Positions 1 to 5,026 of a DNA stretch of 5,026 bases are shown piece after piece (within the stretch, counting starts at the first letter, position 1; each line of letters opens with the position of its first letter). Made by a program: the position numbers and the translations under genes. Origin of the DNA: Zygophlyctis sp. KS116. Its lineage: Eukaryota > Fungi > Chytridiomycota. The stretch is from the NCBI GenBank assembly GCA_054661495.1, contig BAAFSQ010000510.1:1-5026 (forward strand). The letters run 5' to 3'. The notes below the pieces were generated by a model, which did no database searches, was not told the origin of the DNA, and was given only the letters and a program-made list of their open reading frames with translations.

Positions 1-52
1 CTCGAATCTTCGTGTTTAGCCCGTTCTGACGAGGACGTCAGCTAAACAAGTT

Positions 53-61
53 GGGGGAAGA
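53..61 (+). other. Polypurine tract (PPT) of an LTR retrotransposon
   Basis: GGGGGAAGA directly abuts TGTAG at 62, the start of the putative LTR. It is preceded by the hairpin CTGACG-AGGA-CGTCAG (26-41). Confidence 0.7.
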
Positions 62-509
62 TGTAGAGGGACAGATCGATTCAGATGAACGTGATTGACA
101 GTGTAGGTTTGATTTTGAGGCCTAAACAAGTAGGTTTGGGAATCTCACATATGGAAGTACTAGGAAATCAATACAAGGTTTATTTTAGTTCTAGGTTAAT
201 AATAATAAATTTTATCTTAAGAGTTTCATCTCTTACATATCCGGTATCGTGTATAACGCTACAGCAATCAATTACTGCCAACACTAACACATGGACAATC
301 CAAAGATCAAGGGGCAGATATGTTCACAAAGGCTCTCAATGGTCCAATGTTCCAACACATGAAGGACAAGTTAGGTTTGGGAATTATGTCTTCAAAAGGG
401 AGTGTTGATCTATCTGTGCGTTCGAAGACATGGATGAATTATATACGTCACCCAACGACGGAAGATAAATACTAAGAGCATAAACTAATAAACTCAGTTT
501 AGGGTTACA
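62..509 (+). mobile_element. 3' LTR (~448 bp) of an LTR retrotransposon, probably Ty3/Gypsy; the element body lies upstream of the window
   Basis: Starts TGTA right after the PPT and ends TTACA (509), giving TGTA...TACA termini. AATAAA lies at 487-492, shortly before the end, and unrelated LINE-like coding sequence follows from 510. The partner LTR and TSD are not in the window, so the right boundary is inferred. Confidence 0.65.
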
Positions 510-1298
510 ATATGGTTCATCAGTTGTCCGAAGCAATTCAGCCTACAACCATTCAAAGAAAAAGTAAAGGGTTTAAGACTTTGAGAAACCCTTTTAAAAC
601 TACAAACCAAGAACCGAATTATATAGAGACAACCAAATACGGATCCATGCTCATTTTTGTATATTTTAGACCTCTTAACAGAAATTAAACAAGAATACAT
701 TACAAAAAACCTGCTCTTCTTCTTGGAGACTTAAATATAAACTTTAGATGAACAAATACAGATAAATGTATTATTAGATTATTATAATTCGAGACAGCTC
801 AACTTGTGTGAATACAAGTACAATGACGATTACAAGTGGGTTTTCTGCTACATCACAGACAACAATACATATAAAAAAATTACATATACACAAAAAAATA
901 GTCTTGTCAACAACATTAGACACCATAAAACTAAAAAGGAAATCAATATATAAACTTATAACCAAGAAAATAACAGTATTGATAGGATAAAATAGAACCT
1001 CCCCCTAATATTTGTTAAATTTGACCGTTAGCTTGCGCAGCATCCTTCCTGCCAGCACTCACTCCCCTCAAACTCTAAATAATAATATTTCTACTCAACC
1101 AACAGCCTATAAAATATATAACCTAATTAAAAAATATGAAAACTGAAAAGCAGCGGGACCAGAAAAATCCCAATTATCATTCTCAACACACTGAAAGAAT
1201 CTTCGACATTCTTAATTCATCTATCAGATGTATTTTACTATTGTTTAAAATTCGAAATAAATACATCACAATGGAACGAATCATTACTGGCCTCTTAC
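510..1298 (+). pseudogene. Degenerate LINE (non-LTR retrotransposon) ORF2, 5' part: APE-type endonuclease plus RT N-terminal 'domain 0'
   Basis: Manual translation: II*RQPNTD (618-644, cf. YRPP motif); LLLGDLNINF (716-745, cf. GDFN motif); IYNLIKKYEN*KAAGP/IPIIILNTLK...LSDVFYYCLKFEINTSQWNES (~1114-1283, cf. KAAGPDGIP...IFNxCL...W of LINE RTs). Contains stops, frameshifts and large internal deletions. Confidence 0.75.
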
Positions 1299-1299
1299 A

Positions 1300-1733
1300 T
1301 GGTCAGTCGATTTTGAACTTAAATCAAACAATACTAGTTGGAACTTCAAGCTACTTCGTTCTAGTTGCGAAAGAAGATTGGAATATTCTGCCACTCTGGA
1401 AAAAAATTACTTATCAATTGTGGAGCAAATAGAAAAACATCTAGTCGATATTCTAATTCAAAGACAACACACTGAATATAACGTGTATGAAATTCAAAAG
1501 TCAATAATTAATAACTTATAGGAAATTATTATTCACTGGATCGAAAAGCGTTGGAAAAGTCTTGTGGAAAAAGAAAACAATTGAATGTATCTGATGTATT
1601 CTGGACTCCTGATTTCAAGGCGCCACATTTGTTGCTAATGCTGAAAGCAACTTTTAAAAGAATCAGGGAGAGAGTGGTCATCCTTGTTCGGAGCACCTGG
1701 ATTTTGTTTGTGAAATTCATTCACAATTCCTAG
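1300..1733 (+). pseudogene. Degenerate hAT transposase core fragment
   Basis: A stop-free frame of ~73 codons from 1300 reads ...LKSNNTSWNFKLL...ERRLEY (TSWN at 1333-1344, cf. hAT TRWNS), then WIEKRWKSL. ctggactcctgatttcaag (1601-1619) is a frameshifted LDPRFK-like motif. The motif order matches hAT transposases. Boundaries are approximate and no real TIRs are present. Confidence 0.55.
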
Positions 1734-2218
1734 AATTGACCACAATGGAATCAGTGATACATTTCAAAGAGAAACGTGCATATTTTAAGGATCAATACTA
1801 GCGCCATTACTAGCTACTAAGCTACAAAAAGAAAGTTAGTTAATACATCAAAACGATCCTACAGGAACGATCCGAACACATTTTCACTAAAAAATAATAC
1901 GTATAATCCAACAACAAAAAATGTTCGCACAAACTAAAACTACCATACAACCCTTTCAAATGATCATCGTATATGCCCAATCCCATAGGAGAAGTAAAGG
2001 ATGTATCACAGCCGACATTAAAATATACCATCCTGGTAGCAATCAGGTCAATAACGAATATCAAACACTCATGCCACATTTTTCATTCTAAAATTATGCT
2101 ACATCTTTTAATATATAAATCTGATATAGTTCTTTCATGCAAAGACTCAAAAATTCAAAGAAAAGCACTATGTTGGAGACAGGAATTGTATACAGGCAAT
2201 ACATAGAGAAAAACATCA
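1734..2218 (+). pseudogene. Degenerate LINE ORF2, 3' part: RT QGS motif plus probable C-terminal region
   Basis: SDTFQRETCIF*GSILAPLL at 1753-1812 matches the GxxQGSxLxPLL RT motif with CAA>TAA. No YADD motif follows, implying a deletion. Assignment of 1815-2218 (e.g. IQRKALCWR) to the LINE C-terminus is tentative. Confidence 0.65.
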
Positions 2219-2539
2219 TCAGTATAAATGCAAACACTGCGCCAACTTTTGTTCAAAAAACTTGCGAATCGGTTTTGGCTTTTCTGTATTCACCAACTCT
2301 GGACAACGACTTGGGTGCAACTTTTTTAAGTGAATTGTAAAAGAACTGTTCGATGGACCCGCAAAAGATTTAGGACAATAGTTGCATTGGAAATGAAGAG
2401 AAGGAGACCCTTTCTTTTTTCCTTTCTTAACAGATGCCATCACTTTTGTGCAGTGAGAATTCACCAATGAAGAAATATTCTGTTCTAATTCTTCTCCACA
2501 ACTGATTTGTTCATCGTCGCTTATTTTTAAGGTTTTACA
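2219..2539 (-). pseudogene. BED-type zinc finger, N-terminal fragment of a hAT transposase
   Basis: Open frame ...ISDDEQISCGEELEQNISSLVNSHC...FQCNYCPKSFAGPSNSSFTIHLKKLHPSRCPEL has the CxxC...HxxxxHP pattern. It includes track ORF 2219-2467, whose TTG start is not a credible eukaryotic start. No catalytic domain follows. Confidence 0.75.
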
Positions 2540-2541
2540 GG

Positions 2542-2665
2542 TGATTATGATTAATGTGCTTAAAAGTGATTAAACGTGATTAATTAAGAAATCTCATAAT
2601 CTAATCATAATCATAATCATAATCTCTTGTTAATCATGATTAAGTGATTATGATTATGGTGATTG
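2542..2665. repeat. Subterminal TGATTA/TAATCA hexamer array of the hAT end
   Basis: TGATTA at 2542, 2548, 2567, 2577, 2637, 2645 and 2651; TAATCA at 2602, 2608, 2614 and 2631; perfect 14-bp palindrome TTAATCATGATTAA at 2630-2643. Confidence 0.9.
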
Positions 2666-2677
2666 ACCATCCTTATT

Positions 2678-3639
2678 TATAATACAATACTGGCCATCCT
2701 GCGAAAAAGTGGTAAAATAGCATTAGCTGTTGCATCTTCTGGCATTGCTTCTGGCTTATTAATGGTTGGGATAGTTCTAGATTTAAAATTGGACTAACGT
2801 CGGACAATTGTGAATGTAACGTTCCTAGAAATTCTCAGCTTGCCAATCTCTTAAAAAGAGTTAGTCTTATTTAATAAGATGAAGCACCTATGGCAAACAA
2901 ATGTAATTTTGAAGCGTTCGATGAGATGCTTCGTGATATAATTGGAAATGAAACACCGTTTGGGTGAAGTTATAGTTAAAGAGATCAAACAATCAATTCA
3001 ATTCATCTCTTAACAGGTTTTATCGAAATGTACGTCTTTGCAGTCCAAATGAAAACTATTCTAAATTTCTTTTAGACGCCGGGGAAGGAAAGCTCTCTGA
3101 AGAAATTGTTTTGTCAGATGAAATTGCACACCAACTCTTGATGCTTTAATTGCATTTACTTTGTTTTGATTTGAAGTACTTATCGGAGAGATCAATATTA
3201 ACCTCGAAAAATGCGGTTGTTGATAGCATTAATCAAAAATTAGTTCGATGATCTTACTCATATTCAAGTGCGGACACACTTATTCAGTCAGATGGTTTGA
3301 ATTCATTTATATATTTACCAGAATTTTTGAACAATCTTGATTTGAATGGCCGTCCTCCTCATCTGCTAGAATTGAAGTTGGATGCCCTATCATATTATTA
3401 AGGAACTTGGACGCAAGTAAAGAACTTTGTAATGGTACCTACTAGATTAATTATAACTAATTTGGAAAAACTTATGGATCAGAAGTTTTCATACCCAGAA
3501 TTGACTTCTTTCCAAAATGTTTTTACTCATGGACGATTGATTATATGTGGGATTTTCAAGGGTTACGAGTTCAGAAACCATTAAAGAATGGCACCCAAAA
3601 ATAGAACAAAAAATGTTGTTTTCCATAAATATTTGATAA
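2678..3639 (+). pseudogene. Helitron-type PIF1 (SF1B) helicase remnant, C-terminal half of a RepHel protein
   Basis: Collinear motifs across stops and frameshifts: YNTILAILRKSGKIALAVASSGIAS; SRFKI; LI**DEAPM (DEAPM 2878-2892); FEAFDEMLRDIIGNETPFG; FLLDAGEG; ILTSKNAVVDSIN; PEFLNNLDLNGRPPHLLELK/VGCPIILLRNLDASKELCNGT/RLII; VFIPRI; FTHG/LYVGFSRVTS; TKNVVF. Confidence 0.93.
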
Positions 3640-3785
3640 TTAAAATGCAGTGTTTTATCTTCAATCTTTATGAAAATCTAGAGCAACCTTGAAGTGAATC
3701 TCTAAGTGAAATTCTTAAAAAGTTTTTCTTTTCATCAATAAAAAAGCGTTAATAGAATAATAATCTAGGTAAGTTCAATAAAGAT

Positions 3786-4500
3786 CAGGGGTGTGTAATA
3801 TAATACTGCAATTATATTGCCACAGCACAATCAGTTAAAAATATTTCATAATTTTAGACAATTTATTTATTGTAATTGATAAAATAGCACAATAATTATT
3901 GCAATTATTGATTTAAAAGATGAGTTATTTCAAACGTTCATCGTTAAAAGCTATAGAGAGAAGCTTTGCATCCCACATTTCCCGATTTAATTTTAAAAAA
4001 AGTAGTATTTCCAGATTTCTTGGTAACGTAGATTTTCTCAAGTCTGAAATAACTAAATTGGCTGCACTAAAAAAACGGATGTAAGTAGGAGGATTCTTGG
4101 TTTCTTTAGAACTCGGTCCGCAAATGTGTTTTTTGTACAGCATAAAACATCATCTTGTTCTATTCTGAAATTTCTAAGAGCATCTATCTCGGAATGGTCC
4201 AATGTTTCCTCGCCTATCAAAATCTTACAAACTCCTGATTCAAAAGCTGGAAATTGAACAATAGGTGCCGTAGGTTAAAGATATTGAGCCAATGCTGGGA
4301 ACTCCTCCATTAAAGCATCAAAAAGCTTTCTGACGGTTGGAAGGTTAATGCCATCTTCTTGTAATTTCAAAGTAACTGATTTAATATCCCTGAATTTCTC
4401 TTCCAAAGCTCTCAGAGTTTCCACCTCATTATAATCTGCAATCCAGTCTTTTAGGTCTCCCTTCGTGTATCCACATACTCCCTAATTTCAAAATATTGTT
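3786..4500 (-). mobile_element. 3' end of a second, different hAT DNA transposon (TIR, AT-rich subterminal region, transposase C-terminus)
   Basis: CAGGGGTGTGTAAT at 3786 is a CAGGG-type hAT terminus. CAAT/ATTG-rich subterminal sequence runs to ~3910, ~140 bp beyond the transposase stop at 3925. The 5' part of the element is missing. Confidence 0.75.
3925..4500 (-). pseudogene. hAT-like transposase C-terminal fragment including the dimerisation domain
   Basis: The - strand reads QYFEIREY.../...ETLRALEEKFRDIKSVTLKLQEDGINLPTVRKLFDALMEEFPALAQYL*PTAPIVQFPAFESGVCKILIGEE.../HICG...RFFSAANLVISDLRKSTLPRNLEILLFLKLNREMWD (cf. ERxFS...RxxLxxxxLExLLFLKxN of the hAT dimerisation domain). Contains an internal stop and frameshifts. 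Confidence 0.85.
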
Positions 4501-4732
4501 TGACCTTGGACTCCTTCAGATGATGTAACTCGACAACTTTTTTTTGCGAACTAAGCGGGAATAGACGCATTAACTACGTTTCAAGATGCGTCACGCAAGC
4601 TTCGGGAGTATGATGGATCTGTTTCCCTTAGTAATGTCCGATAGTTATGTGAAGATTTTGGGGATAGTTCCAAATAATCTGATGACTCACGAGCTCATTT
4701 AGTATTTTGATTCAACAAGCTGGGCATTAATC

Positions 4733-4821
4733 AATTGACACCTTTTGTACTGATTTAATACGAACTGCGCGACCACGTAATTGACACCTTTTGTACTGAT
4801 TTAATACGAACTGCGCGACCA
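4733..4821. repeat. Perfect 43-bp direct tandem duplication (period 46)
   Basis: AATTGACACCTTTTGTACTGATTTAATACGAACTGCGCGACCA at 4733-4775 and 4779-4821, separated by CGT. Confidence 0.97.
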
Positions 4822-4931
4822 GTTGTGAGGCTTTATATTATCATTGTCTACAATCATCTTTATACTTCGAACTGTTGAAGTTAAGAAAACTACTGGCTTG
4901 TAGGATGTAAAAATTATACACAGATCTCGCG

Positions 4932-4948
4932 AAAAAACAAATGCAAAA
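4932..4948 (-). terminator. RNA polymerase III oligo-T terminator of the tRNA gene
   Basis: On the - strand, T4 (4945-4948) and T6 (4932-4937) lie 10-26 nt downstream of the tRNA discriminator base. Confidence 0.7.
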
Positions 4949-4957
4949 TTGATTCTG

Positions 4958-5026
4958 TGGAGAACGCCGGCATCGATCCGGCTACTTCTTGCATGCTAAG
5001 CAAGCGCTCTACCATTTGAGCTAGAT
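4958..5026 (-). tRNA. tRNA-Ala (anticodon AGC), eukaryotic; first 4 nt lie beyond the window edge
   Basis: The reverse complement ATCTAGCTCAAATGGTAGAGCGCTTGCTTAGCATGCAAGAAGTAGCCGGATCGATGCCGGCGTTCTCCA folds as a cloverleaf: D stem GCTC/GAGC, anticodon stem CTTGC/GCAAG with AGC at 4995-4997, T stem GCCGG/CCGGC. It has the A54-type T loop typical of many eukaryotic tRNA-Ala, plus U70 and A73. No intron and no encoded CCA. Confidence 0.96.

Larger units (their letters stand above)
2219..2675 (-). mobile_element. 5' end of a truncated hAT DNA transposon (TIR, subterminal repeats, BED-finger coding fragment)
   Basis: The - strand begins TAAGGATGGTCAATC at 2675 (cf. hAT/Ac-type TAGGGATG termini). 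A TGATTA array and a BED-type zinc-finger frame follow. Confidence 0.75.

Noticed and set aside
510-525. TGGTTCATCAG after the LTR as a primer-binding site (tandem element sharing one LTR)
   Set aside because: I cannot match it to a plausible tRNA 3' end, and the sequence runs in frame into LINE endonuclease motifs rather than gag.
1299-1742. ATGGTCAGTC (1299) and ATTGACCA (1735) as TIRs of the internal hAT fragment, resembling the TIR core at 2661-2670
   Set aside because: The matches are short, with no TAGGG/CAGGG termini, subterminal repeats or TSD. The right-hand match reads in frame with the LINE RT. Probably chance.
85-2340. Track ORFs 85-408, 494-700, 774-965, 808-990, 1136-1432, 1529-1720, 1551-1733, 1840-2079, 1973-2206 and 2137-2340 as genuine genes
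   Set aside because: They are short, often have non-ATG starts, and are either inside the LTR, antisense to TE remnants, or off-frame or partial readings of them.
510-3639. APE endonuclease plus PIF1 helicase as a single Helentron
   Set aside because: The endonuclease is upstream of the helicase and is followed by RT motifs, which is LINE architecture. Helentron endonucleases are C-terminal to the helicase.
3640-3785. Helitron 3' terminus at the CTAG sites (~3678, ~3765)
   Set aside because: No GC-rich hairpin precedes either CTAG.
2675-3786. Helicase captured inside a hAT element (Pack-type or composite transposon)
   Set aside because: The two hAT ends differ in TIR and subterminal motifs, and each element extends away from the helicase, so the helicase lies between two elements rather than within one.
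4504-4758. Degraded + strand coding frame, and a 7-bp inverted repeat GACGCAT/ATGCGTC (4564-4592)
   Set aside because: Four internal stops in 85 codons is about what chance would give, no motif is recognisable, and the inverted repeat is too short to interpret. The segment remains unassigned.
4733-4821. CRISPR array
   Set aside because: Only two copies with a 3-nt spacer, no cas genes, and a eukaryotic context.
4822-5026. tRNA-derived SINE
   Set aside because: The cloverleaf is essentially intact and is followed within 26 nt by a T6 terminator. No SINE body, tail or TSD is evident.

Overview
AT-rich eukaryotic DNA made almost entirely of decayed transposable elements, ending in a tRNA gene. 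From left to right: (1) the 3' end of an LTR retrotransposon (hairpin, polypurine tract and a ~448-bp TG...CA LTR); (2) a heavily deleted LINE ORF2 (APE endonuclease and RT motifs) interrupted by (3) a + strand hAT transposase core fragment; (4) the 5' end of a - strand hAT element (TIR, TGATTA subterminal array, BED finger); (5) a Helitron-type PIF1 helicase pseudogene; (6) the 3' end of a different - strand hAT element (TIR and C-terminal dimerisation domain); (7) a perfect 43-bp tandem duplication; (8) a tRNA-Ala(AGC) gene on the - strand, cut by the window edge. There is no intact protein-coding gene, and most ORFs in the supplied track are spurious or TE fragments. I found no support for a novel biological system. 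All protein assignments come from manual translation and motif recognition, not from database searches.
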